Assembly: GCA_016205145.1 (NCBI GenBank)
Contig: JACQJH010000002.1
Coordinates: 390,001-422,000, forward strand
DNA: 32,000 nt
From: Candidatus Iainarchaeum sp.
Lineage (GTDB): Archaea; Iainarchaeota; Iainarchaeia; Iainarchaeales; JACQJH01
Direction: 5' to 3'
In this document: in pieces, positions 22,062 through 29,661 of the stretch
Numbering within the stretch: the first letter of the stretch is position 1
Layout of the letters: the number at the start of each line of letters is the position of its first letter
Made by a program: the position numbers and the translations under genes
Notes under the pieces: model-generated
What the model saw: only the letters and a program-made list of their open reading frames with translations
Database searches by the model: none
Told to the model about the DNA's origin: nothing

Positions 22062-22337
22062 ATGAAAATGCTTTCCGTTGCAGTCGACGAGCGGCTTGCC
22101 AAAAGCATTGATTCTGCGATTGCCTCTTCCGGCTTGTATTCTTCGAGGAGCGAGTTTTTGAAGGATGCCATCAGGAAGAACTTGTCTGGGCTGGTTGAAC
22201 AGAGTGAGGACCTGAAGGCAATCCGTGAAGGCGTTGCGCGCCTGAGAAAAAAAGCCGTTTTCCGGCCGATGACTTCAGAAGAACGGGATGCATTGGCAAT
22301 GGAAGTTATAAAAAGTGAGCGGGCGAAACGCACCTGA
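22062..22337 (+). CDS. CopG/RHH-family protein (VapB-like)
   Basis: MKMLSVAVDERLAKSIDSAIASSGLYSSRSEFLKDAIRKNL. A tandem ttattaacc-tg-ttattaacc lies directly upstream (22042-22061) and could be an operator. Confidence 0.7.
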   Translation: MKMLSVAVDERLAKSIDSAIASSGLYSSRSEFLKDAIRKNLSGLVEQSEDLKAIREGVARLRKKAVFRPMTSEERDALAMEVIKSERAKRT

Positions 22338-22725
22338 CAAAGCTTTCGGCCTTTTTGAAATCCTTCAGGTTCCAGGTGACGATTTTATCCGCATTGTTTT
22401 CAACGGCGTATGCCACATGCGCGGAATCCGCCCAGTGCAGGCCGCAGTTCCGCGAAATTTTCAAAACAAGTGCTTCGCTTGGCGCCTTTTTGCAGGTTTC
22501 CAAATTCAGCATGAAGCATTCCAACTCTTCAAAGACCGCCTTTTCCGGCAGGGAGAGCACATGAAAAATTTCATCCAGAAACATTCTCGAAACGAGCATC
22601 GTGGAACCAGCTTTTCTCGCCCAAATAAAGAAATTTTCGCTGTCTGTCCCCAGAAGATTGAAGGATGAATCAATCTCTTCCCTTACAAGCGAAATGAAAA
22701 CATTGGAGTCGAGATACAGGCGCAT
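22306..22725 (-). CDS. vapC: PIN-domain (VapC-like) ribonuclease
   Basis: MRLYLDSNVFISL (first Asp), FLDEIFHVL (Glu), WADSAHVAYA (Asp) and IVTWNLKDF (the T.N..DF C-terminal motif). Confidence 0.75.
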   Translation of the reverse strand: MRLYLDSNVFISLVREEIDSSFNLLGTDSENFFIWARKAGSTMLVSRMFLDEIFHVLSLPEKAVFEELECFMLNLETCKKAPSEALVLKISRNCGLHWADSAHVAYAVENNADKIVTWNLKDFKKAESFVRCVSPAHFL

Positions 22726-22817
22726 CAGGAAAAAGCCGCAAAAAAGCGGATTTTAAGCTAACGCTTTTTTCGTCAAACAACGTTCCGCTTAATTGGTTGC
22801 AGGTTGCGGCTTTTGCC

Positions 22818-23402
22818 TTATTCCGGCTCCAGCTGCTGCCTTGTCTTGTCGTTGTCCCAGTTGAATGCGTGTTTTTCCTTGAGCACGAATTTGCATGCCT
22901 GGCCGCCCAAGGCAGAGCATTCGAGTTCGACGCATTCCATGTCCGCGGAGAAGAATTTTGAGAACAGGCCTGCGAGGATTCCGCGAATCAAGTGGTCTGT
23001 TTCGGCTTGTGTTTTGCCTTGCAGGTTTTCAGCGAAGGGACTGTTTGCGACTGTCACTATTGCCTGTTTTTTGTCGAAGTCCAAATCGATGTTTTGCAAT
23101 TGGCCCCAGCCGAAGGCGGTAAAGATTGTTTCAACCAGTTCAAGGCCTTTCTGCCCTTGGAGGCCGAAGTCGATGTTGAATTTTTCCATGAGCTTTTCCT
23201 GTGTCGCCTGTTTTACCGCATAATAGATTTTTTTTGCCTCGTCTTGGCTGGCTTTTGCGGTTATGGAAACGAGTATTTCGGTTGGAACCATCAGGAACTG
23301 CGTGTCAATCAAATAGAAGTTGTTGTTTTTGTATTTGAGGTTGTTCGTAACAACAAATTTGTCCAGAAAAGAGTTGAGCATGAGACCGCCTTTTGCCAGC
23401 AT
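22818..23402 (-). CDS. V4R-domain protein (native-composition paralogue)
   Basis: 194 aa. The C-terminus ETDHLIRGILAGLFSKFFSADMECVELECSALGGQACKFVLKEK is the V4R signature. In-frame ATGs at 23402 and 23381. Confidence 0.75.
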   Translation of the reverse strand: MLAKGGLMLNSFLDKFVVTNNLKYKNNNFYLIDTQFLMVPTEILVSITAKASQDEAKKIYYAVKQATQEKLMEKFNIDFGLQGQKGLELVETIFTAFGWGQLQNIDLDFDKKQAIVTVANSPFAENLQGKTQAETDHLIRGILAGLFSKFFSADMECVELECSALGGQACKFVLKEKHAFNWDNDKTRQQLEPE

Positions 23403-23492
23403 ATACTTTTCCGCTTTTTTGCTTAAAAATGGCTCGGAAAAAGGTTTTTGCGGGATAAATCCTAAAAAGGGGTTAAACAGTATTATTTGACG

Positions 23493-23858
23493 ATGGCTGG
23501 CGGAACATCTGGTGGGCGTGGCAATCGGCAGGGAAAGCCAAAATTGCCGGCGTTGGTAAAAAACGCAGGCTCAAAAGCATACCCGTTTGGCGTCAAACCC
23601 GGAAACCGTGCAGTCTGGCCTGTTTTGTCTTGGAAGGCGCGGCTTCTAAGCAGGGCCATGGCTGAACCTGAAAGCAGGCCTGAGACGCATGCCGGTTATT
23701 TTCTTCAAGGAACAACTGTTCCGAACGCCATTAGAGCCGTCGAGGATGAGATTCGCGTGTGCCGCACTTCGGGTGACAGAAACGGGGTCGCATTTTATGG
23801 GCGGGTGCTGGAAGTTTTGAGAAGAAAGGCTCTTGGTGGGAAAAAAATTGACAAGTAG
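23493..23858 (+). CDS. Hypothetical protein
   Basis: The ORF-track ORF opens at TTG 23487; the first ATG is at 23493 (MAGGTSGG). No domain recognised. The region is GC-rich, with competing ORFs on both strands. Confidence 0.4.
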   Translation: MAGGTSGGRGNRQGKPKLPALVKNAGSKAYPFGVKPGNRAVWPVLSWKARLLSRAMAEPESRPETHAGYFLQGTTVPNAIRAVEDEIRVCRTSGDRNGVAFYGRVLEVLRRKALGGKKIDK

Positions 23859-24354
23859 GGTTCCGCGTGTCTTGAAAGACAGGGCGACCGGAATAAGGCA
23901 TGAGCCGGGCACGGCGCAGGAGGTTGCGCGGCATCTTGCGCAGCGCATTGTCGAAGGCGGGGGCGTGCGGTATGAAGGCGTTCATTTTCCAGAGGTGCCG
24001 CTTGACCACGAGATTGCGCGGCATTTCAGCCATATAGAAGCCTTGCAAGCCCGACTGGGCGAACCAAAAATCAACGCTCCGGAGAACAGTGAAAAAAAGG
24101 CGGCTTTGATGGCGGAGCTGCGGTTCCATTTGGCGGTTGCGAGGGAGTTGAGGCGTGAACGACGGGCGGCAAGCGCCAGAATCAAGGCGCTTGAATCCGA
24201 AATCGCGCAGTTGCAGGCGGAAGCGCGCAGGCGTGCAAGCCTTGGCGGAGAGGATAATTCTGGACAAATAGTGGGGAAAATTGCCGAGCTTGACAGGCTT
24301 AGAATGGCGTTGGGCCTGCCGGGGGCCAGGGTCGGATTGGATTTGCATGCTTAG
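23833..24354 (+). CDS. Hypothetical coiled-coil protein
   Basis: TTG/GTG start within GGTGGGAAAAAAATTG. The C-terminal half is E/A/R/L-rich (AARIKALESEIAQLQAEARRRA). Its composition looks more protein-like than the antisense 229-aa R/P-rich ORF. Confidence 0.4.
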   Translation: MVGKKLTSRVPRVLKDRATGIRHEPGTAQEVARHLAQRIVEGGGVRYEGVHFPEVPLDHEIARHFSHIEALQARLGEPKINAPENSEKKAALMAELRFHLAVARELRRERRAASARIKALESEIAQLQAEARRRASLGGEDNSGQIVGKIAELDRLRMALGLPGARVGLDLHA

Positions 24355-24432
24355 GCATTGCTTGGCCAAAAATATTTGTTTGGAAAATTGGGCGAAAGCC
24401 AAAAAAAGCGGTTTTCGCATTAATGTGATTGC

Positions 24433-25530
24433 ATGGCCGTCGAAGTTTCAATGGATTTGCATAATCATTTGGTTGAGAAGAACCTTGACCCTGCCAGGTG
24501 GTGGGCTTCCGCCAAGGCGAAGCGCCTGGATGTCATTGCGATTACGGAGCACGCGCATTTGGATGCGGAAAAGTCTTACCGCAAGTTAAGGGAATTGCAG
24601 CCGAAGGGCATTGTCTTGGTTCCTGGCATGGAACTCAACACCGATTTCGGCCATGTTTTGTGCCTCGCAACAGATGCTGAAACCATTTTTTCGCTGAAAG
24701 AGCTGAGGCGGTGGGAATTGCCCATGGAGAGTGCGTTAAAGATTGCGGAAGAGCATGGTTTCCTGCTTGTCATAGCCCATCCTTGGGGTTTTGACAGCGA
24801 CAGCGCCGCGTTCATGGCAGGGGAAAAGAAACTGAAGGCGCTTGTGCGGAGCGGAAAGGTCGGGGTTGAAGCGTACAATGGATTGGTCGCGCACATGTCG
24901 GAATTCGTTTACGGCACGGCGTGGTTCAGGAAGCCGATAAATTTTCTGGATTTTCTTGGAAGGAACAGGTTTGCGAAAAAAATCCGCATAAACCGGGTCA
25001 CTGGTGCGTTGCAGAAAAGGCTTGAGTCCAAAAGCAGGGAAATGGTTGAAAGGTGCGTCAAGGCAATGGCTTTGGCGCAGCAGGCTTCTTTCATCACCGC
25101 CGGCAGCGACGCGCACCATCAGGACAGGATTGGCTCCGGCATAATCAGGTTCAGGCTCGGCAGGAGGCCTGCAAACGCAAAGGATGTTTTGGATTGCGTG
25201 AAAAATAGGAAGGGCATTGCCTGGATCGGCCCGCAGACCAAAAAAATCGGAAAGGGCAGGTATGAAAAGTTTTTGCAGCCAATCACGAGAAAAGAGGTCG
25301 TGCAGGGCCTGGGCTATGCCACCAAAAAAGCGATAACCTCAAACCGCGTCGCGGACAGGATCAGGAAAAGGATGCCGAAAATGGCTTTGCGGGAACGCCT
25401 TGCCAAGGCAAGGAAAAGGATTCCTGCCTTGCACCTCAGGGAAAAAATTTCCGGGGCGCGGCGGAAGGCCCCGAAGATGGGGTTGCGCGAACGCATTTCC
25501 TCCATCGGCAGGAAGCTGAAAAGGCTGTGA
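24433..25530 (+). CDS. PHP-family metal-dependent phosphoesterase with a basic C-terminal triple repeat
   Basis: PHP metal-ligand motifs MDLHNHL, AITEHAH, GMELN, VIAHPWG and TAGSDAHH. The last approximately 57 aa contain three repeats: RKRMPKMALRERLAKA, RKRIPALHLREKISGA and RRKAPKMGLRERISSI. Confidence 0.75.
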   Translation: MAVEVSMDLHNHLVEKNLDPARWWASAKAKRLDVIAITEHAHLDAEKSYRKLRELQPKGIVLVPGMELNTDFGHVLCLATDAETIFSLKELRRWELPMESALKIAEEHGFLLVIAHPWGFDSDSAAFMAGEKKLKALVRSGKVGVEAYNGLVAHMSEFVYGTAWFRKPINFLDFLGRNRFAKKIRINRVTGALQKRLESKSREMVERCVKAMALAQQASFITAGSDAHHQDRIGSGIIRFRLGRRPANAKDVLDCVKNRKGIAWIGPQTKKIGKGRYEKFLQPITRKEVVQGLGYATKKAITSNRVADRIRKRMPKMALRERLAKARKRIPALHLREKISGARRKAPKMGLRERISSIGRKLKRL

Positions 25531-25540
25531 AGGCGGTTGG

Positions 25541-25951
25541 ATGCGGCAGGTTGTTTTTTATCCGGATGACGTGAAAGGCGTTCCGGCTGACGCGCAAAGC
25601 ATCCACCTTGTCAGGCCGATCAAATTGTCGGAACTGAAAAAGCTGTTCGCCAAATGCAGGGGCCTCAGGGACGTTTCAACCAACGGGTCTTGCATCAGGC
25701 GCATGCCGGCCAGGACGAAAAAGCTTTTGGAGGACAAGGGCGTTGCATTGCACGTCACGGGAAACAGGGGAAGGGCGATTGAAGTGGAATTGAACAAAAT
25801 GGCGCAGGCGATTGAAATGGCGAAGGATGGGATGTCGATGAGGCACATCGAGAAAGTGACCGGCATTCCGAAAAGCACTGTATACTATCTTGTCAAATAC
25901 GCGGAGCGCACTAAAATAAAAATCGGCAAAAAGACCGTCTGCCTTGTCTGA
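25541..25951 (+). CDS. Small protein with a C-terminal resolvase/Hin-like HTH
   Basis: 136 aa. MSMRHIEKVTGIPKSTVYYLVKYAER is a classic HTH. The N-terminal approximately 90 aa are unrecognised. Confidence 0.55.
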   Translation: MRQVVFYPDDVKGVPADAQSIHLVRPIKLSELKKLFAKCRGLRDVSTNGSCIRRMPARTKKLLEDKGVALHVTGNRGRAIEVELNKMAQAIEMAKDGMSMRHIEKVTGIPKSTVYYLVKYAERTKIKIGKKTVCLV

Positions 25952-25970
25952 AAAAAAGCGGGCGGGCTTT

Positions 25971-26666
25971 TCACTCAAACAGCGCCCTGCCGATGCGGAC
26001 CATCGTGCTTCCCTCTTCGATTGCGGCTTCGAAGTCGTTTGTCATTCCCATTGAAAGCACGATGAACGAACCGGCGCCAAGCTCTTTTTTCGCGCGTTCG
26101 AACAGGGAGAACATTTTTTTGAAGTGCTGCCCCGCCTGTTCCGGTTCCGCGAGCGGCGCCATGCACATCAGGCCGCAAAGCCTTACGTTAGGCAGAACGA
26201 GGATTTTTTTGCAGAGTTCAACCGTTTCGCCGGGCGGAACGCCGAATTTTTGCATTTCCCCGCCGATGTTGACTTCGACCAGTATGTTTTGCGTTTTTCC
26301 GGTTGAAGCCGCGGCGTTTGAGATTTTGCCTGCGAGCTTTTCCGAGTCGACTGACTGGATCATTGAAGCTATGGGAACGATTTTTGCGGCCTTGTTAGAC
26401 TGAAGGTGGCCAATGAAATGCCATTCCGGAAAAAATTTGTGCGCGGCAAGCAGTTCGCGCTTTTCCAAGAGCTCGTTTGCGTAGTTTTCGCCGAAGGCAT
26501 TGAAGCCCAAGGATATCAGCGATTCAATCTGCGAAATGCTTCTTCCTTTTGAAACCGGCAGCAGTGTTATTTCGGATTCATTTCTGCCGGCGCGGCGGCA
26601 GGCTTCGGCGATTTTCTGCCTTGCATTGCCGAGGTTTTTGGCCGGGCGAGTGTTCTGCAGCATCAT
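25971..26666 (-). CDS. yggS: YggS/PLPBP-family pyridoxal-phosphate homeostasis protein
   Basis: ITLLPVSKGRS (PLP Lys), FGENYANEL, WHFIGHLQSNKA, LVEVNIGGE, LSMGMTNDFEAAIEEGSTMVRIGRALF. ATG at 26666/26663 is preferred over 26777. Confidence 0.85.
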   Translation of the reverse strand: MMLQNTRPAKNLGNARQKIAEACRRAGRNESEITLLPVSKGRSISQIESLISLGFNAFGENYANELLEKRELLAAHKFFPEWHFIGHLQSNKAAKIVPIASMIQSVDSEKLAGKISNAAASTGKTQNILVEVNIGGEMQKFGVPPGETVELCKKILVLPNVRLCGLMCMAPLAEPEQAGQHFKKMFSLFERAKKELGAGSFIVLSMGMTNDFEAAIEEGSTMVRIGRALFE

Positions 26667-26668
26667 GC

Positions 26669-26791
26669 TCACGGTTCCGCCTGCACCCGGAAATGGCATG
26701 CAGGGCATTCGAGTGTTGCGAAAACCTTTCCCTGCACGATTTCGCCTATGCCGGCGCGCAGCATTCGCGTTTTGCATTTCGGGCAGTCCAA
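26669..26791 (-). CDS. Small zinc-ribbon protein (CPKC...CPAC)
   Basis: LDCPKCKTRMLRAGIGEIVQGKVFATLECPACHFRVQAEP. The stop lies 3 nt before the yggS start. I favour the TTG at 26791, which is preceded by GGTGA. The ORF-track start at 26884 lies in a poly-A/T low-complexity stretch. Confidence 0.45.
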   Translation of the reverse strand: MDCPKCKTRMLRAGIGEIVQGKVFATLECPACHFRVQAEP

Positions 26792-26951
26792 AATTTTTTC
26801 ACCTGTAAAATTTTTTGCATTCCAAAAAAATATTTTTGGCGGAAAAAAAACTTTTGTGCGGAAAAAATCCAAAAAAAATTCCAAACAAGACGAACATTTA
26901 AATACTAGAAAGGTTTTTTATCAATTAGGAATTTTTTTGGGAGGATTCAAA

Positions 26952-26987
26952 ATGGCAAAGAAAAAGAAAGCTAAAAAGAAAAAGTAA
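26952..26987 (+). CDS. Candidate mini-ORF encoding MAKKKKAKKKK
   Basis: GGGAGG lies 7 nt upstream of the ATG. The ORF has 11 codons plus TAA and is followed by a GC hairpin and a T-run. Expression is unproven. Confidence 0.25.
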   Translation: MAKKKKAKKKK

Positions 26988-27030
26988 AGTCCTCTGATTT
27001 TGTCAGGGCTTTTTATAACCTTTTTTTGTC

Positions 27031-27055
27031 GGGCCCTTTTGCGGGGCCCTTTTTT
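27031..27055 (+). terminator. GC hairpin followed by a T6 run
   Basis: gggccc-ttttgcg-gggccc-tttttt. Further T-runs follow up to 27099. Confidence 0.4.
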
Positions 27056-27115
27056 CTGTTTTCCGCTTTTTTCGCTTCTGGCGGGTTTTAATTTTTTTTG
27101 CATGACAACTTGCGT

Positions 27116-27778
27116 ATGCTGAAGGCAGTGCTGTTTGACCTGGACAATACGCTGGTCGATTTCATGCGGATGAAGCGCTTAAGCTCGGAGGCCGCGGTTT
27201 CGGCGATGGTGAACGCTGGCCTCGGTCTGGAGGAGAAGGTTGCGATGGAAAGGCTGTTTGCCCTGTACGAAGAGCACGGCATAGAGAACCAGGGCATTTT
27301 CGAGGTTTTTTTGAAAAAGGAAATGGGGAAAGTGGACTACAAGATTTTGTCCGAGGGGATTGTGGCGTACAGGCGCGTTAAAGCCGGGCACATTTCAACC
27401 TATCCGAGGGTGCATTTCACTTTAATCAAGCTCAAGGAGAAGGGCCTGAAGCTCGGCATTGTCAGCGACGCCCCGAAAAAGCAGGCGTGGCTGCGCCTTG
27501 CCGAAATGAACCTTTCGGATTTTTTCGATGTTGTCATCGCACTGGAAGACACCGGGGAGTTGAAGCCGAGCGAACTGCCGTTCAAGCAGGCGCTCAAAAT
27601 GCTCGGCCTAAAGCCCGAGGAAATCCTTTTCGTCGGCGACAATCCTGGGCGCGACATTGCAGGCGCGAAAAAAGTGGGCATGAAGACCGCGCTTGCAAAG
27701 TACGGCCAGGTCGTGGAAGGGAAGGAGAAGGCGGATTTCGAGCTTGACAGCATTTCCGGCATACTTTCAATAGTTTAA
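27116..27778 (+). CDS. HAD-superfamily (subfamily IA) hydrolase
   Basis: Motif I VLFDLDNTLVDF, motif II GIVSDAP, motif III K in GELKPS, and motif IV FVGDNPGRDIAGAKKVGM. ATG at 27116; the ORF opens at TTG 27098. Confidence 0.85.
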   Translation: MLKAVLFDLDNTLVDFMRMKRLSSEAAVSAMVNAGLGLEEKVAMERLFALYEEHGIENQGIFEVFLKKEMGKVDYKILSEGIVAYRRVKAGHISTYPRVHFTLIKLKEKGLKLGIVSDAPKKQAWLRLAEMNLSDFFDVVIALEDTGELKPSELPFKQALKMLGLKPEEILFVGDNPGRDIAGAKKVGMKTALAKYGQVVEGKEKADFELDSISGILSIV

Positions 27779-27815
27779 TATTGCGGAGCGCTCAAATCTT
27801 GTAAAAGGTGGGCTT

Positions 27816-28043
27816 GTGGCGAGGCTTGGTGTTTTCCTGGAACGGGTTTTCATTGTTCTGCTTGCGCTCACGATTTTCGTGTTTTTTTACGTGAAGCTCA
27901 GGCTTTGGAGCACCGACCTCATTTTCTTTTTCCTGAAAACCCGGAGGTGGGAGAACCTCGTTTACCTGGCTTTGTTTGTTTTCGCCCTCGGCTTCGTGCT
28001 CACGCGGCTGACGCAGAATGTTTTCAGGAAAAACCTTCTTTGA
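27816..28043 (+). CDS. Small two-TM membrane protein
   Basis: GTG start after AGGTGG. Hydrophobic segments FIVLLALTIFVFFYV and LVYLALFVFALGFVL. The 3' end overlaps the convergent DHH gene by 20 nt. Confidence 0.4.
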   Translation: MARLGVFLERVFIVLLALTIFVFFYVKLRLWSTDLIFFFLKTRRWENLVYLALFVFALGFVLTRLTQNVFRKNLL

Positions 28044-29046
28044 GTTCCGGTTTTTCCTTGAAAGCCTTTTCGATGAACTGCGTTGCGAGTTTTACGCATT
28101 CGTCGAGCGCTGGCTGGAATGATTCGGCTTTTGAGTTGAAGGCAGCCGCGCCATCGTGCCCGCCGCCGGAACCGGAGAATTTTTGCGGCAGCTTCTGCAT
28201 GACGTCTTTTGCCAGGCTCAGGCCGGTTTTTTTCAGGAAAACGTTGTTTGCACGCGCGGAAATCCTGAGCTCTTTGCTTTTTTCGTCAAAGCTTGCTGCA
28301 AAGGCGACGTCGGCGCCCAATCCCACGAGCGCGAGAGCCACGTCCGCCTCATAGGAGCCGATTTCGGTTGCGGCTATGAGCGCGTTTTCGTGCCGGAACA
28401 ATTGTGTCCTTTGCATTGCCTTTATTTTGGCAATCCTTTCGCCTAATGGATCATTATGTTCGAGCATGCGCCTCAGCTCTGAAATCGAAAGGCCGGACAG
28501 CTTCAGGCATTCCGCCAGGCATTGCAGTGATTCGGGAGTCGAAACAAGCAGGTTGGCGGAATCGTCGATTATGCCCAATGCAATGAGGGTTGCGGCTTTT
28601 TTGGAGACTTTTGCATTGTTGCGGCAGAGCAGGCTGAAGACAACCTGTGTTGCCGACACTGCTTCGGGGTCGAGCAATGCGTTTTGCTTCGGCATCGGCA
28701 GGTTTTTTTCTGGCAGGTGGTGGTCGATGCAGAAAAGCTTTCCCTTGAAATTGCGGATTGCGTTCTGCATTGTTCCGGCCGTGTCGGTGCCCTGGAAGTC
28801 GACGCAGATTGCAGTGCCGAATCCTTCAAGCGAAGCGTTTATTTGGAACGGGATGCCGAGTTTTTCGGACAGGCTTTTCGCCTGCTGGTTCATGTGATCT
28901 GGCACGACTATTCGCGGCTTCGGGGTTTTTGGCATTGAGAGAAACAGTGCTGCCGCGGAGCAGAATGCGTCGGCGTCCGCGCCGGAATGCGTGATTATGG
29001 CGATTTTGCCCCGGAATTGTTTCAGCGATGGGAACAATCTGGTCAC
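28024..29046 (-). CDS. DHH/DHHA1-family phosphoesterase (NrnA/RecJ-like)
   Basis: IAIITHSGADADAF (DxD), ICVDF, FCIDHHLP (DHH) and SGSGGGHDGAAAF (the DHHA1 GGGH motif). Confidence 0.8.
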   Translation of the reverse strand: MTRLFPSLKQFRGKIAIITHSGADADAFCSAAALFLSMPKTPKPRIVVPDHMNQQAKSLSEKLGIPFQINASLEGFGTAICVDFQGTDTAGTMQNAIRNFKGKLFCIDHHLPEKNLPMPKQNALLDPEAVSATQVVFSLLCRNNAKVSKKAATLIALGIIDDSANLLVSTPESLQCLAECLKLSGLSISELRRMLEHNDPLGERIAKIKAMQRTQLFRHENALIAATEIGSYEADVALALVGLGADVAFAASFDEKSKELRISARANNVFLKKTGLSLAKDVMQKLPQKFSGSGGGHDGAAAFNSKAESFQPALDECVKLATQFIEKAFKEKPELKEGFS

Positions 29047-29048
29047 GT

Positions 29049-29411
29049 TCAGGAAATGTCAGATGATGCTGTTTCCTTTGCCTCGGTTTTTCCTTCAATC
29101 TGCGCTTTTATCCTGTTGAGCTTTGCGACAATGTTTTCTTCCTGCTTCAGCAGCGACTTTACCCTGAGGTCCGAGGTTTCCTTTTCTTCGGACAGCTCTT
29201 TTTTGACCTTGTCGACTTCGGACAGCACGAGAATGTTGCCGACCGCCTTGTAGACCTTTTTTTCGCCTGTCTTTGCAAGCTCTTCCAGCGCGCTGCCGAG
29301 AGTGTCGGACTGGAACTGCAATTGCTGTTTTTGCGCGGAAACGTTCATTAGCTGCGCCCTGTTGCGCTCGAATTCGGTTGCGAGCTGTTGCTGCTGTTCC
29401 TTTGAAACCAT
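29049..29411 (-). CDS. pfdB: Prefoldin beta subunit
   Basis: 120 aa. Two coiled-coil arms flank KVYKAVGNILVLSEVDKVKKEL (beta-hairpin core). Located at the expected position in the exosome superoperon. Confidence 0.85.
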   Translation of the reverse strand: MVSKEQQQQLATEFERNRAQLMNVSAQKQQLQFQSDTLGSALEELAKTGEKKVYKAVGNILVLSEVDKVKKELSEEKETSDLRVKSLLKQEENIVAKLNRIKAQIEGKTEAKETASSDIS

Positions 29412-29415
29412 CAGA

Positions 29416-29661
29416 TTACACCTCCAAAAAGCGTGTGATGAGAATGATTGATTTTGCGAATGAATTGAAGGATGCCCTTAAAGCCGCCTTGTCAAGCGCC
29501 GCAATATTTAGGGCCAGCGAATTGTTTTTAAGTTTAATATCCGTCTTCGCCCTTGTTTCATGGGCCTGGCCGAGTTCGGGCTTGAGGGCTTCGAAGGCGG
29601 CCTGGGCGTTTTTTGCGGAGGCGAAGGTTATTTCGGATTGAATGGAGTATTTTGCGTTCAT
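29416..29661 (-). CDS. pcc1: KEOPS subunit Pcc1
   Basis: From the ATG at 29661: MNAKYSIQSEITFASAKNAQAAFEALKPEL...TDIKLKNNSLALNIAALDKAALRASFNSFAKSIILITRFLEV. This matches archaeal Pcc1 (...A.D..ALR...NS......I.....EV). Confidence 0.8.
   Translation of the reverse strand: MNAKYSIQSEITFASAKNAQAAFEALKPELGQAHETRAKTDIKLKNNSLALNIAALDKAALRASFNSFAKSIILITRFLEV

Noticed and set aside
23731-24420. 229-aa minus-strand ORF opposite the coiled-coil ORF
   Set aside because: Its R/P/F-rich composition has no helical or domain pattern, and the plus-strand reading looks more protein-like. Confidence for this whole region remains low.
26748-26987. 79-aa plus-strand ORF ending in the poly-Lys stretch
   Set aside because: Most of it is antisense to the zinc-ribbon/yggS upstream region and is low complexity. 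Only the terminal 11-codon mini-ORF has its own SD-like signal, and that is reported separately with low confidence.
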